Shown here: piece after piece, positions 1 through 25,669 of the stretch
Numbering within the stretch: the stretch's first letter is position 1
Layout of the letters: the number at the start of each line of letters is the position of its first letter
Source: the human T2T-CHM13v2.0 reference genome, Homo sapiens
NCBI RefSeq assembly: GCF_009914755.1
Contig: NC_060941.1
Length of the DNA stretch: 64,000 nucleotides
Direction: 5' to 3' (one strand)
Notes under the pieces: generated by a model
Seen by the model: only the letters and a program-made list of their open reading frames with translations
Databases searched by the model: none
Told to the model about the DNA's origin: nothing
Translations under genes and position numbers: made by a program

Positions 1-1173
<1,173 letters not shown>

Positions 1174-2775
1174 TCAGCAAACATTTGAGTGCCATTCAGA
1201 GAGGAGACACACACACCCAATCCTAAACCTATGAAATGGCAACAACAAAAGGAGAAAATATATCTTTTGAAAACACGGCCATCTACTTGGAACATTCCAT
1301 AGTGTGACATAGAGTAACTCTGCTTAGGATTATTTCATTGATCCCCAGGGTCCAATTGCCCAGTGCTCAGTCAAAGCCCAAGGTGGAAGACAAGTGCTTC
1401 CCTGATGAGCTGATGAGCTGGCCTCTCTGCAGACTGCTCCATACCCTGTGCTGTCCTGCCTCAGATGCAGAGAGAGCACAAGGCTCCCGCTCTCCTCGTC
1501 CTCGGTGCGCCTGTGTTCTTGCTACCATCACAGCTGAATGCAATGAAAGGCGGTCCTCTGAGAGGAGCAGGGTGGAGATGCTAAAGTGGAGGCCCCCTCC
1601 CATTGCTGATAGATCCTCATCTGGCATGCGCTCCACCCTCCCCATTCTCTGCTCCCACATATCGTAGCCCCATCACAGAAGATGCGACATGGAAAAAAGC
1701 ACTGTGTCCACCCTAGTTCTTAAATTTGGGCAGGGATTTGGGGTGTATGTTAAGAGTTTTTCAAATTTGCCAGATTGTATGCCTATGTTGTTAAATACAC
1801 AGTGAATCTCTGGTATGATAGCAGTTTCTGGTGGGAGATGCATAGGACTCCCACAGGCAGAGTGAAATAAGGGCATTTTAGATGGACAAACACACAGACA
1901 AAAGCAGAAATGTGGGTGGTGTGACTGGGGTATGGTGAGGGGCTGCTGTGGCTGGAATGGAGGGCTGCCACAATAATGGAAATGGTAAATGAGGCAAATA
2001 AGGTTGGACTGGTGGCATAGCGTCAAGGTTGCCAGCTTTATTAAATCACTCTTCCAATATGCTAGCACTGGCCTGTTGGGAAAAGTAATATATCATGTAA
2101 TCGAACAAAAGACAAACAGAGGCAAGCTCCAGGAATGGGCACTGTAAACAGGACTTGCCCCAGAGTAGCCAGATGTAGGCTTTAGATAAGTTGATGCAGG
2201 CTGAGCATCTCTAATCTGAGGGGGAATGTCTCACGTGGTGTCCAAGAAATGGTGACACATCTCACAGAGGGTCTAGGCTCAGGAGGGCTAGAGTATGAGA
2301 CGTTCCCCCTCGCCTGCGAACTTAAAAATGTGGCCAACAATTTTTGTAAAAGATGGCTACTCTGTAGTGCTTTAACTGGACCTATTTAGACAATGCCTTA
2401 CACACTGGAGGACGATACTGTGTAAATCTAATAAGTCTACAAGACAATACTTCTGTCTTTTGGCTCTCTCCTTCCTCTCCAGGGTGATGACAAATCCGTG
2501 AGGGTGGAGATTATACCTCTCTCATCATTTCAGCACCAAGGAAATAAATTAGTGGCAGAGTAAGGGTGACTTGATGAGTACATCCAATTGTTGACATAGT
2601 TTTGGGTGGAGAAATTTTGCTATTATATCGACTTCTTAAAATAGTCTAGTGGGATTAACTTGGTTTCAATTCACAGAGATCTGGAAGCGAGGATCTTTTA
2701 AAAATCCTGAAATATACACTGCAATAAAAGAACAAAGCATACACCTCAGCCTTAAATGACTGAAGAAGTATGTCA

Positions 2776-2985
<210 letters not shown>

Positions 2986-3177
2986 CTAAAAAAAACAAAA
3001 AAACAAAAAAAAAACACACCAGAATGAGAGCTAACTATTCAAAACCCCAGTATTCCAGGTGAGTAGCTTACAGGTTCTTTTTTATTTTTTTGAAAGAGGG
3101 TCTCACTCTGTTACCCAGGCTGGGGTACAGTGGTGCAATCACCGTTCACTAGACTCGACCTCCCTGGGCTCAGGTGA

Positions 3178-3390
<213 letters not shown>

Positions 3391-3404
3391 TAATCTATAT
3401 TTCA

Positions 3405-5166
<1,762 letters not shown>

Positions 5167-6974
5167 TCAGCAAACATTTGAGTGCCATTCAGAGAGGAGA
5201 CACACACACCCAATCCTAAACCTATGAAATGGCAACAACAAAAGGAGAAAATATATCTTTTGAAAACACGGCCATCTACTTGGAACATTCCATAGTGTGA
5301 CATAGAGTAACTCTGCTTAGGATTATTTCATTGATCCCCAGGGTCCAATTGCCCAGTGCTCAGTCAAAGCCCAAGGTGGAAGACAAGTGCTTCCCTGATG
5401 AGCTGATGAGCTGGCCTCTCTGCAGACTGCTCCATACCCTGTGCTGTCCTGCCTCAGATGCAGAGAGAGCACAAGGCTCCCGCTCTCCTCGTCCTCGGTG
5501 CGCCTGTGTTCTTGCTACCATCACAGCTGAATGCAATGAAAGGCGGTCCTCTGAGAGGAGCAGGGTGGAGATGCTAAAGTGGAGGCCCCCTCCCATTGCT
5601 GATAGATCCTCATCTGGCATGCGCTCCACCCTCCCCATTCTCTGCTCCCACATATCGTAGCCCCATCACAGAAGATGCGACATGGAAAAAAGCACTGTGT
5701 CCACCCTAGTTCTTAAATTTGGGCAGGGATTTGGGGTGTATGTTAAGAGTTTTTCAAATTTGCCAGATTGTATGCCTATGTTGTTAAATACACAGTGAAT
5801 CTCTGGTATGATAGCAGTTTCTGGATAAACATTACTTGAGGTCCTAAAATGCAGAAGGGAAAAAGCAACTTTTGTCAGATGCCTACTTTGCTTTCATTTC
5901 ATCTCTAATATTTTGGATGGGGAATCAGCCAAGGCTTCTGACTGCAGGAAGGTCAAGTGTGCCAGTGTGCAGCTGGGTTTCTTTTCCAGAATTAAAAGCA
6001 TTTTGGGTGGTGGTGAGGGTCAGAGGAAGAAGTAAAGATTGTGAGAAAGTGGAAGAAGCATGGGCTTGGGGAGAACCCAGAATTGGGGCCAGAAGACCTG
6101 GCACTAGGCTACAGCACTTAGCACCTCTGATCTTGTTTTTCTTCATCTGTAAAAGGAGGTTAACAAAGCTTTTCTGCCCACTTCTTGGGGAGAAGGGAAT
6201 AATATAATTGGTAAAAAAAAAAAAAAGTTTTGAAAAATAAGCAACACTGACTTTATGTAACCAAGCATTATTAATTCTCCACCCCATATCACTGGTAGAT
6301 ACCTGTATTCAAGCTATCTGGACATGAAAGCAGTCACATTTTAGAAGTCATGAAGTTGATGCTAATAAACCTAATCTACAGAAACACTCTTGAAAGCCCT
6401 TGAGCGTTTGTTCTGTGAACAGAAAGGTTTGAGATTCAGAGCAAGTTCAGAGTTGGATGGTCTAAGAATGGAAAAGACCTCCATTCTATTAGAAGAGTCA
6501 GGTAGCAATTTCTGGTTATGGAACCAGAAGCTCTCAGGCTTCAAATAAAACAGCATCACTTGTACTCTCATAAAACTGTAAAAACAGAAAAACCGAAACC
6601 GTATCTACATCTGTCCTATAAGGCAGAGAGTACTTGAGACCTCATGAATTTAAAACCACCTTACAAACTACATTGCACTATATGAAGAAATTATCACTGT
6701 GGGCAAAGCATCAAGCAGAGAGCACAGTACACAGTGTGTGGATGTTAATGTTATTCTCTAGCCTTCCCATTCCTTTGTCTTGGTCCTTTGTGCATATGGA
6801 ACAGTTCTATTATTAAATTTTGTAATAGTAACTGAGAACCTGACTCTCAGCAAGGGAGTAGTTCAGAAATTGAGGGAGTTTAACTCTGAATGAGTAAATA
6901 AAAATAAAGCAATTATGTCATTAGCTTAAAATTTTATCATCATTAAAAATAAAAAGTTTAAAAACAAATACTTA

Positions 6975-7226
<252 letters not shown>

Positions 7227-7599
7227 TCATTGAAGCCTATGGACTGGACAGTTGGGTAGGAACCAGAAGGCCAATAGGAAGGAGGGCAAAGGTGCCCAAC
7301 TGAAGGGTAAGCATGGCAGTGAGTATGGTATGCCTAGAATAAAGATGGTTGGGATTAGAATTGGGTGACAGTGATTAGTAGTTTAATTCAGAAGTATCTC
7401 TTCCCAACTCAAAAGTCTCACTTTGGGCTGAAAGTACAGAGGAAGAAGGTAGACTTTTAAGAAGTCTGAATAAGCCCCCAACTTCTGGAGTCCCTTTCTC
7501 AATTCCTGTTGGGAGTGGGAAATATTATAAATTACTCTGGGCATTAAAAATAGCTTAGTTTAACCTCGATTGTGGAGTTAAAAAATAACAAAGATTGCA

Positions 7600-8560
7600 T
7601 TGGTCAAATCTGGACAATTTGAGCATTCAAAAGAATAACAACAATAAGTTACAACATATTTAATATAAAGAAGAATCCACGAAGAGTGATATAGAAAAAG
7701 AAAGAGGGGGAGTTCTTCTTCAATGAAATAATGCCAGCTAGTAAATGTAGAAGGAATGACAGAATTTTTAAAAGTGTCACTTTGCAACCATCAGTGTAAT
7801 ACAAATTCATTCAGACAAGGATTATCACTGATGCACATTTGGGTGAAAAGACATTTGAGAACAGGATCTTCACTGAACTCAAAGTAACAACCCACAGATT
7901 ATTTATTAATTACCAAGCGGAAAATTATTATTTTTTATTTTTATTTTGTCACCCAGGCTGAAATACAGTGGCAAAATTATACCTCATTGCAGCCTCAACC
8001 CCCCTGGGCTCAAGGGATCCTCCAAATTCAGTCCCCCGAGTAGCTGGGAGTATAGGCTTGCACCACCATGCCCAGCTAATTTTTTTTTTTTTTTTGTACT
8101 TTTGTATTTTCAGTAGTGACAGGGTTTCCCCATGTTGCTCAGGCTGGTGTAGAACTCCTGGGCTCAAGCAATCCTCCCACCTCAGCCTTCCAAAGTGCTG
8201 GGATTACAAGTGGGAGCCACTGTACCCAGCAAAATAATTACAATGGAGAGATCTGGAAGTTCACCTTGGTCAAGTGATCAAACTTAGTATTACAGGCCAT
8301 CTGCAGTTACGAGGCAGGAAGGATACATCACCTATGCAGTATTTTTCCCAAAAATGCTTAACTTGAATTTCGTCATGAGGAAACAGACAAATCCGGATTG
8401 TGGGACAATTTACAAGACAACTATCTTTGACTCTTAAAAAATGCCAATGTCATGAAAGATCAAAGAAAGTAGAAGCATGTTTTAGATTAAAGGAAATGAA
8501 GACATGACATGCAGTGCCTGATCTTTGATTAGATTCTGTACTATTCTTTCATCTTTCTGG
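7600..8560 (+). mobile_element. L1MC-type 3' fragment interrupted by an Alu (about 7925-8230, minus)
   Basis: Typical L1MC 3' UTR motifs; Alu flanked by AAAATAATTA-like repeat. Confidence 0.55.
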
Positions 8561-10230
8561 CTTGTTTGAATTTTTTTCAATACGTAAATTTGGGCAAAAG
8601 AGGTAACTGAGACAATTGATTAATTTATTGTTGTGGCTTATTGGGGGCACTTTCAGAGAGATAAAAACAATCCCTGTAACTGAAGTAAAAGGTTAATCTT
8701 AGGCAGTATAGCATGGTCATTAAGAATACAGATTCCATAGCCAGACTATGCTTCAATCTCAGCTCTGCTAATAATGTGAATTTGGGCAAATTGTTAAATC
8801 TCTGTTCCTTGGCCTTGTCATTATAATAGTACCTACCTCTAATGAATTTTGAGGATCAAATGAATCCATACCTGAAAAATGCCTGGTGCACAGTGAGTGC
8901 TCAATAAGAGTTAACTATAATTATTATGTTGCAGAGGTTGTGGGGGGCCTTTTCTGAGTCCTCCAAAAGGATGGCTTTATTGGGGCCACATTGAGACTGT
9001 GAAAACAGAAGAGGGTTTCATGGATACAAGAAGTCTATGAGTTGGGGGTACAATGTATAGAGTTTTAGATTAAAACTGCATCCAATGAGTTGGCCTGACA
9101 CATCTTTCAAACCTATAGAGGAACAATCACAAGTGACTAGTATTATTCCTTTGGGTCCAGTGGAAGCCTCTGATCTTCATATGGAATGGACCCGGAACCG
9201 TAACCCAGCATTTTGTTATATAGCAACCTTACCTCTGCCACAAAGGTGTTTCTTTTGTTTATTTTGAGGCCGGGTCTCGCTCTGTTACACAGGCTGAGTG
9301 CAGTGGTGCAATCTTGGCTCACTGCAGCCTCTGCCTCCTGTGCTCAAGTGATCCTCCCACCTCAGCCTCATGAGTAGCTAGAACTACAGGTGTGTGCCAC
9401 CACGCCTGGCTAATTTTTGTATATTTTGTAGAAATGGGGTTTCACCATGTTGTCCAGGCTGGTCTCGAACTCCTGGGCTCAAGCCACCCTCTCTCTTTGG
9501 CCTCCCAAAGTGCTGGGATTACAGGCATGAGCCCAAAATTTTTGGTATTCTTTTTCTGCCCCCAACTTTTTATTTTAAACATTTTCTTTTTTTCCTTTAA
9601 GCCTTAGGATGGTTGGGAAACATTTTCAAATGGTATAATGAACACCTGTATAACTTTAATCTGGAATCAGTAGTTGCTAATACTTTGCCACATTTGCTTT
9701 CCGTGTGTGTATGTCTATACATTTTCTGGACAAAACCATTTGAGAGTCAGTTGCAGACATAATGACCCTTCACCATTGAAGACTTCAGTGTGCAGCCCCT
9801 AAGAACCAAGGCATTCTCCGACATAACCAGAGGACTATCATCACCCAATGGAACTTCATATTATCATTGTCTACTATGTGGTCCATATACACATTTTCAC
9901 AATTGTCCCAATCATAACATGGCTTAAAAAATTCAGAATCCAATCAAACATCAGACATTACACTTAGTACATGATTCTTTAGTCTCCTTCAATCTAGAAC
10001 TGTTACCAGGATTGTTTTAAAGTATACTGACAAACCTTTCAGACTACAAGGAAAAAAAAAGTGGATAGCAAAGAAAAAATATGCCACAGAACTTTTCAGG
10101 TCAAAAACCCTAAAAGTGACTATGTTGGTAGGAAGCCCTGACTGTGGAGGAAACACTATTTCTAGCATCCTCCATAATTCAAGTTGCTCATCATAATTCG
10201 TTGTTCATCTATTTTTTTTTTTTTTTTTGA

Positions 10231-10344
<114 letters not shown>

Positions 10345-10721
10345 TAGCTGGGATTACAGGCACCCACCACCATGCCCAGCTAATTTTTGTATTTTTAGTA
10401 GAGACGGGGTTTTACCATGTTGGCCAGGCTGGTTTTGAACTCCTGACCTCAGGTGATCTACCTGCCTCAGCCTCCCAAACTGATAGGATTACCAGCATGA
10501 GCCACTGGGCTGGATGCTTGTCTTTTATCTTTATAAAGTTTTTAAAATTCATGGCTTAATTTGCACAGTTAAAAAAAATAGGACCAATTCTTTTGCTTTA
10601 TAGCCAAAGAAGAAGGAATAAATCTAAGAGGAGGAACTGGTCAAAACCATACTCCCACTTGTCTTCTTGTATGACATCACAGCCTTTCTTACATTGCATG
10701 TAATCACCTGTCCACTTGTGA

Positions 10722-10955
<234 letters not shown>

Positions 10956-11379
10956 TAGGCATTTAACAAATGTTTATTGAATAAACAAATGACATTTTGT
11001 TTATATGTCAATAAAATGAATAAATTGATTTTGATGCAAATTTTTATTCCAAAATGCTAGAATCGATTTTCTTTTTAATTCTTTAAGGTGAACAAGAAAA
11101 ATAAAAGAAACAGGAAGAAATAAAAGAAAATCTGCCTTTAGGTTGACCCAAGAATCATCTTTGTACTTAGGCAGAAATTATAAAAATAATAATTATTACA
11201 GTGAGTATCTACTGGGTTGCCAGGTATTTGTGATCAGCAAACACCTTATGTGGTAGATATTATTATTGCCCTATTTTTAAATGAGGAAACTGAGGCACAG
11301 AGAGGTTATATAACTTGTCCTAGGTCACCAAGCTATTAAGCAGCAAAGCTGTAATTTGAACTCATGTGTTTATGTATGA

Positions 11380-11757
<378 letters not shown>

Positions 11758-11866
11758 TGAACTCCTGATCTCAAGTGATCCACCTGCCTTGGCCTCCCAA
11801 AGTGCTGGTGTGAGCCACTGGGCCCAGCCTTAATATTGAGAAGACTAAATACAGAAGTGCCTTTCA

Positions 11867-12097
<231 letters not shown>

Positions 12098-12146
12098 TCA
12101 TTTCCCATGATTAAATAGTTAATTAGTCTATGGTCGATGAGACTTC

Positions 12147-12448
12147 TTTTTTTAAGAGACACATTCTCACTCACTGTGTTGCCCAGGCTGGAGAGCAGTG
12201 GCTATTCACAGCCATGATCCCACTAGTGATCAGCATGGGAGTTTTGACCTGCTCTATTCCTGAACTGGGCTGGTACACCCCTTTTTAGGCAACCTGGTGG
12301 TCTCCTTTTCCCGGGAGGTCACCATACTGATGCTGAACTTAGTGCGGACACCCAATCAGCATAGCATGCTACAGCCCAGAATTCCTGGACTCGAAGGATC
12401 CTTCTTCCTTTGCCTCCCGAGTATCTGGGACTACAGGCATGTGCCCAG
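12147..12448 (-). ncRNA. 7SL (SRP RNA) processed pseudogene, RN7SL-type
   Basis: Alu-like ends enclose the 7SL S-domain complement (GGGAGGTCACCATACTGATGCTGAACTTAGTGCGGACACCC); short A tail. Confidence 0.9.
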
Positions 12449-12483
12449 TGAGCCTTCAGACATTTAAAACCATGTTGTAAGTG

Positions 12484-18110
<5,627 letters not shown>

Positions 18111-18138
18111 ACACAAAGAAGCATGTTGTACTGTATAG

Positions 18139-18221
18139 AACACCAGGTGCCAGAAGACCAAACATGCTGGCAGATGGAAAAAAGAGGAGTGAAGATTCAC
18201 TCTCCCTTGACCAAGATCAGA
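18139..18221 (+). other. Putative antisense exon, ARL17-type alternative exon (EHQVPEDQTCWQMEKRGVKIHSPLTKIR)
   Basis: tatag| and |gtgagt; 83 nt, phase 1 to 0; open into the next candidate exon. The ARL17 link is from memory. Confidence 0.4.
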
Positions 18222-19878
18222 GTGAGTCAGTGGCGAGGCTGGGAGCCACACAGCTTGTCCTGCCTTGTGATCCCCCTCCTCTTCCTATTCCAGATGGTTT
18301 TTCAGTGCCATTAACTTGTTTTGTAACACTAATATTCAATAAGATGATGTTACAAAGAGAAAGAATGTGAGTGCTACATGACTGGTTAAGTATGGATTCT
18401 CAAACTAGGGCTTTAAATATCCTTCGTGATTTTTTTTGGCATGAAAACTTGTAAGACCACTGGTGGGCTCTGTACAAAGTCGGCTACCCCTTCATTCTAT
18501 ATCTTCCTCTGCCCACTTTCCTCCCAGCTATTAAAAATGAATGTAGGCTGGGCACAGCATCTCAAGCCTGTAATCTCAGCACTTTGGGAGGCCAAAGCAG
18601 AAGGAGAGCTTGAGCCCAGGAGTTTGAGACCAGCCTGGGTAACAAAGTGAGACCCTGTTTCTATTTTTTTTTAAACACCAAAAATAATGACTGTAAGGCA
18701 GTATGTAGCCAAACAACTTGGCAAAGTTTGTTATCTTTCCTCCAAAATTCTCTCACTCTCCAACCTTCCCTCTTTCTTGATAGCTCATCCATAGCCTTGA
18801 GCTCAGCATTACCTCTGAACTAGGAAGCTCTTCTCCAGCTGACATTAGGATCTTTGCATTTGTCCCTAATGAAATCAAAATATAGGGCCATTCGATATTA
18901 TCCTCTTTTCCTCCTGTTCTAAGGCATTCTTTTCTTGACTAAGGTTGTGCCTGGGCCATGGAGAGACTGAGTGGGAACTGGCTCAACGGCTCAAGTTTGA
19001 GGACTCTACAGCAACTCTTTTCCACAAACCAAATGATATGAATGTTTTTATTTATTTATATTTATGTTTCCACTTTTTAAAAGTCTTTTTGTAGAGATTG
19101 GGGTCTCACTTTGTTGCCCAGGCTGAACTTGAACTCCAGGGGCTCAAGCGATCTGCCTGTCTTGGCCTCCTAAAGTGCTGGGATTACAGGCATGAGCCAG
19201 CGCGCCCAGCCTCGAGTGTTTTTAGATTCACAGTAGATGACCATTTCCATTTCTGGTTCAAGTCCTTCATTTTATACATTAAACTAAGGTGCACTGACTC
19301 CCAGTCCATCGCCTTTTTGGTATCTTTATGGAAGTAAAATGTGGCAAGCTTTTTTTCAGCCTCAAAGACTGTCTCAGAGTAAAAGTTTAAGAAGTACTGC
19401 TCTAAATAATTTTATTAAATATGCCTTATTAGATGAGGAAAACTGAAATATTTTTATACAAGCCTTTTGCTGTAGAACAATGGGACAGAATAAAGGTAGC
19501 TCACAAAATAAGGGAACATTTCTTGCCTGTTTTTTTTTTTTCCCTCCAAATTCTTCTGTACAGGTCCAGATAGATGAGCTATGTTTCCTTTCTATTAACT
19601 GAGGAGACAGAGATGAAAGGACTGGAGCATGTCATCACTGTCTTAAATGTACTGAAATCCTAACAGCTCTAGCTGAAAAAATGTCCAAAGCAGGCCGTGA
19701 AAATAAATTTAAATGACAAACTCCAAAATGATCTATGCTAGAATCCCAAGGCTGTCAGGGAAAACTGGTTCCATGGAAGAAGGTAGTCAAAGAAATAAGC
19801 AGATGACCTAGACCCTCACCCAATATGCGCGATGTACTTGGGGAGAAAGTAACCTCTTTCCTTTATTCACCTACATAG

Positions 19879-20281
<403 letters not shown>

Positions 20282-23095
20282 TGAGACACCATGCCCAGCT
20301 GTGAGCCTGTATCTTAATCAAAGTCCTGAGAATAACCTTGAAGAAGACTCCCTTGCAATGAGCAACAACAGAAGAAGCAAGGGACCTGGAATCTGGCAGA
20401 CCTGGGTTTGAATTCTGGCTCTGTCACTTTCTGGTGAAGTGACTTGAGTAATGAACATGAGCCTTTCTGGGTAGCATTTACAGCACAAAGCAATTTGAGG
20501 AATAAATGAAAGAGCACGTGTCTAGTGCCTAGCAATGCGCTGGACACAGTGCCGGTGCTCAGCCATCATGTCACACCAGCACTGACCGGTGAGCATAAAC
20601 CCTGGGGATGCCCAGAGCTGGTACAGCCAGGAGCTCCAGAAGCGTGGGATTCTCAGAGGGAAGTGGAGCTCACTGCTCTACAGGTCCTATTCAAGTTAGA
20701 AAGTAAGATACAATGCACACAAAGCCAAATTGTCATCATTCAGCTCCTATTACAGGGGAACTAAGAGCTGCATTGAAAATTACTTGCAAAGCTTGTAAGT
20801 GGTTCTGCCACTTATTAGCCGTGTGAACCTTAGCAAATTACCTAGCATCTCTGAGTTTCAACTTCCTCATCTGCAAAATAGAAATGATAATAATAACTGC
20901 ATCGCAAGAGTTGTTGGAAAAATAAAAATGAGGTATCATAGGAGGTAACATGTATGGAGCATTTACCATAGGCCAAGCACTGTTCTAAGAACTTCGGACA
21001 TGTTATCTCACTGGTATAAGTACTTAGGTGCCTACAACATAAACAGCACCTGGTAAATTAAGTATTGAAAAAAATGCTATGGGGCAGAGGAAGAAATGCT
21101 AAGCTTCTGTGAGAAGAGAAGACAGCTTGTTACACAGGTGAAAAGAACAAGCTGCAGCTGAGAGAAGAAAAGTATGAGTTGCTAGGTGTGACAATCTCAA
21201 GACTTTTCAACCACTACAAATTTAAACAGCCACCCTAAATCACCCCAAAGGACAGACTCGAGTTGTTCTTTTTGTCTTTAATGTTTGCGCCTCTCCGAAT
21301 CAGAGAAGAAGCTGCCAGGATTCCAGTACATACCAAAACATGATGACAATACCCTCAACTGTGCAAACTTTTGTGCATCTACCGCTATGTAAAGGAAGCT
21401 GATGTCAGTAGACTGGGGGGAACAGTAAGGCATGTTTGTGACCGAAGCTCAATTTGCCATCACAGTGTGGCCACACCTACCTCACTAATATTCTAATAGT
21501 GGGATAAATAATTCAATAGGGATAAAGCCTGGATTTTCCTCTTATTCTCTCTTAGTGCTTACATTCTTGGCATGATATCGATGTGCCATAGACAAGCCAA
21601 TATGTGAGTGTACTCTATCTGAATAAAGTATAGCCTTTCTACATTGCAAAGTCATCCAGTTTCTAAAATTATTGTTAGAACCAATGAAGTGACTAAGAGA
21701 ATTTTAAAAAATAAGCCATCAGTCTGGACCTGTGTATAGGAATGAAGGAGAAGCACTTTAAAGTCAGGGAAAAAATATAAACATACTTAACATTTAGGAT
21801 TATCAACCATTGCTGCTTTTCCATAAACCATTTCATTCATGATTTCATCTGTAAGAGATATGATTATTGCCCCCATTCAGTGAGGGACTTTGATAGTTAG
21901 CCGCCTGGTCCTTCTTGCTTGGATGCCCTGCAAATAAATGTCCTCCTTTCCCCAGTGCAAAACCTCGATATGGTTGTTTGACTTTACTGCGCTTGGGCCA
22001 GCAGAATCCAGTTAAGTCCACTAATAAGCTCTTGGCCTGTCTTTGAGATGGATTTCAGATTCAAAATAGACTGACCCTATCACCCTGCTAACTTGGCCAG
22101 TCAGTATTTGTCAATAACATAGAGGCTTCATTCAAGAGATTTACTGGGTTGTAACTATTGGAACCCAGGGATGATTTCAGGATTTTGTGGGGCCTGAGCC
22201 TTATCTAGTAAAAACATTAAAAAAATTATGACTACAAAAATTTCCAGGGGCCCTCCCAGGACCTTGGAAGGGCCTGTGCAAGTGAGAAGCCTGGAAGGTT
22301 AGGCTCTATTCAATTCATCATCGATCAACCACAGCTGGGGCCTCTTTTTTTGTTTGTTTTTTATAAACTTGTGTAATGCAGGGAAATATATTGTTTCAAC
22401 TTACAAACACCACAAAATGGTGTCATATTGGTCATAAAATTACTGGCACCTTCCCTTGGCATCTTGCCTTTGGAAGGAAATGCAGTGGGCCTATATGTCA
22501 CATATGCCAAATATGACTGCAGTGTAGCTTTGTTTACCAGGAAGATTTGACTCCAACGGAGCCCAGCCCCTAACATACACTTGATGTGTTGAGACCCTTG
22601 TGCCAATCTTTGAAAGTAACTGTGACTTAGTTTGAAGGGTACAGCTCTATTCTGTTTATATGAAATGAGTGCTAGTTTCCAATATCAGCTAGCTCTGATT
22701 TTTTCATCACCATGAAGCAAATGCCTTTTTCTGTTCTTTAAGATGAACACAGAAACTCAAGATAAGCAAGTTAGTGTCTCTCAAGTCTTTCTTAACCCAG
22801 CCCCCATTCCTGCTTTGTCTTCTCCTTGTCACCCTGCCGTACAGATCCCCACATGGCTCTCATATGTTTTCCCATCAGCATCCGCTTCCTCCTTGAGGAA
22901 TGAAAGTCCCCTGGGGACAAAGTCCTCATCTTGGTGTGTCTTTGAGATGGATTTTGTAGCCCCAGCACTTAGTACAGTACGTGGCACAAATGGACATGGC
23001 ACTCTGAATGTTTTTGAATGAATTCATTAATTTTTATCAACTGTGATTCCAGTGTTTTCCTGGTGTTGCCTACGTAATTGTAGTGAAGCTGGCTA

Positions 23096-23139
23096 GATGA
23101 TGATGATGATGATGATGATTATTATTATTATTATTATTT
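23096..23139 (+). repeat. Compound (GAT)n(TAT)n microsatellite at an Alu tail
   Basis: gatgatgatgatgatgatgatgattattattattattattatt. Confidence 0.9.
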
Positions 23140-24064
23140 GAGACAGAGTCTCACTCTGTCCCTCAGGCTGGAGTGCAATGGTGCCATCTCGGCTCACTGC
23201 AACCTCCGCCTCCTGGTTTCAAGTGATTCTTCTGCCTCAGCCTCCTGAGTACCTAGGATTACAGTTGCCTGCCACCATGCCCAGCTAATTTTTGTATTTT
23301 TAGTAGAGACAGGTTTCACCATGTTGGTCAGGCTGGTCTTGAACTCCTGACCTCAGGTGATCCACCCACCTCAGCAAAGTGCTGGAATTACAGGCATGAG
23401 CCACTGCTCCCGGCCACCAGATTTTTATGAGGGACTCCCAGTGGTATAAAGTGCTTAGTAAAGATGGTGAGTTTAAAACATTTGTATTGATGCTACCTAA
23501 ACCTCTTGGTGGAGGGACCTAATGAGCCTGTTCTCTGGTGTGAGGGCAAAAGAAAAACAGACCTTTAGTGTACTTTTCCTAAGTTATGCATCAGCAAATT
23601 AATGAGGACAGAGGGGAGCATGTGCAGAAACTGCTGCTCTAGTCCAGACACATCCTGAATGCCTCCCTCTAACTTGAAATGAACTGTGTGAAACTAGATT
23701 TCTGAACCACAAGGCAGGTGGAAAGTCTTTTCTAAAGTCAGATGTAGAGGAGAATCTTCACCTTGAGTCCCCTTCAGGCCACTGAATATACCCACTCTGA
23801 TTTGATGGGTATGTTATACAGAGAAATCATAGAATTTTTGCAATTATGGTAGAAGAGTAGTCAGGAAAGTATATGGAATTAAGATACAGCGATATATTTT
23901 CTTTACAAAAGTTTTTTTTTTGCACAATAGCTTAACATAAACACCATCTTGGCCAGGCATGGTGGCTCACACCTGTAACCCCAGCACTTTGGGAGGCTGA
24001 GGTGGGCGGATCACCTGAGGTCAGAGGAGTTTGAGACCAGCCTGGAGGGGAGGTTGGAGGGTAG

Positions 24065-24346
<282 letters not shown>

Positions 24347-24841
24347 TAACTGCTTAAATGTCTGCAACATTTAGCTGCAAGGAAGGAAGCTTAACACAAA
24401 GTCCTCCAGGGAGCAAAAAACTGCACCACCACGCCCAGCTAATTTTTTTGTATTTATAGTAGGGACAGGGTTTCACTATGTTGGCCAGGCTGGTGTTGAA
24501 TTCCTGACCTCGGGTGATCCACCCACCTCGGCTCCCAAAGTTCTGGGATTACAGGTCTGAGCCACCCCGCCCAGCAACAAGGCTAATTTGAGGGTCACTT
24601 CTTTGATGCCTTTTCTTGCCCATGCTATAGGTCAGAACTAGGACAAGCAGAGGAGGTCATATATAAGCTACGTAAGTCTCTTGGCCTCTTTGTACCTTAG
24701 CTTCCCCATTTGAGAAAAATGAATGGATCTTAAGACACGCTTTTCAGAGTTGATAATGGGCTTATACCCAGCTACCCAATAATTGTATGAGTTTTTGTAC
24801 ATAAATAGTTGTTTACATGTATTCATCTTCTATTTCACTTA

Positions 24842-24964
<123 letters not shown>

Positions 24965-25167
24965 TCAGAACATTTATCATTTGCCATGATTCTAATTTAT
25001 ATAGGATGGAACATAACCTCAATCCTTTCTCTATGCACTAAGGAAATCTGACTGTGGAAGATACTGGCTTATGATTTATACTTTAACACTGCACATGTGG
25101 TGCATTAGATACAAAACAGTGAATGCTCAGTAAATACCTGTGTTAAGTGATCTTTATTTCTCTAGAA

Positions 25168-25379
25168 CAGGATTTCACAACTTCAGTGCCATCAACATTT
25201 TGGACTATATAACTCTTTGCCATGGGGGTTTGTCTTATACCTTGAAGGATGTTTAGCAGCATCTCTGGCCTTTGCCCACCAGATGCCAGGAGCACACCCA
25301 CAGTTTTGTCAACCAAAACTGTCTCCGGACATTACCAAATGCCACCTGAGTGCAAAATCACACCACCTGAGAACCACTG
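25168..25379 (+). mobile_element. MER20 (hAT-Charlie) fossil
   Basis: GATGTTTAGCAGCATCTCTGGCC...TGAGAACCACTG. Confidence 0.75.
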
Positions 25380-25570
25380 CTCTCTGATGATTCACTAAGA
25401 TCTGTGTAATAATTCTCACAATAATCCTTGCTAGAGACAAAAAGGATTTGCTGTATAATTTTAGTAGCTTTCTACTGGTAAAATTTTAATCATATTTCAA
25501 GAATAGCAAAAAGGTTTATAATTAAGTTTTATAAAAATTCCAAATGTAATCAAGTTATATTTGTAACTTA

Positions 25571-25669
<99 letters not shown>

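Noticed and set aside
1338-1667. Overlapping 109-aa (+) and 97-aa (-) ORFs, repeated at 5331-5660
   Set aside because: Intronic, no recognisable homology; the apparent conservation is just the tandem duplication.
25283-25398. Plus-strand exon-like ORF (DARSTPTVLSTK...)
   Set aside because: Lies within a MER20 fossil; no independent support.
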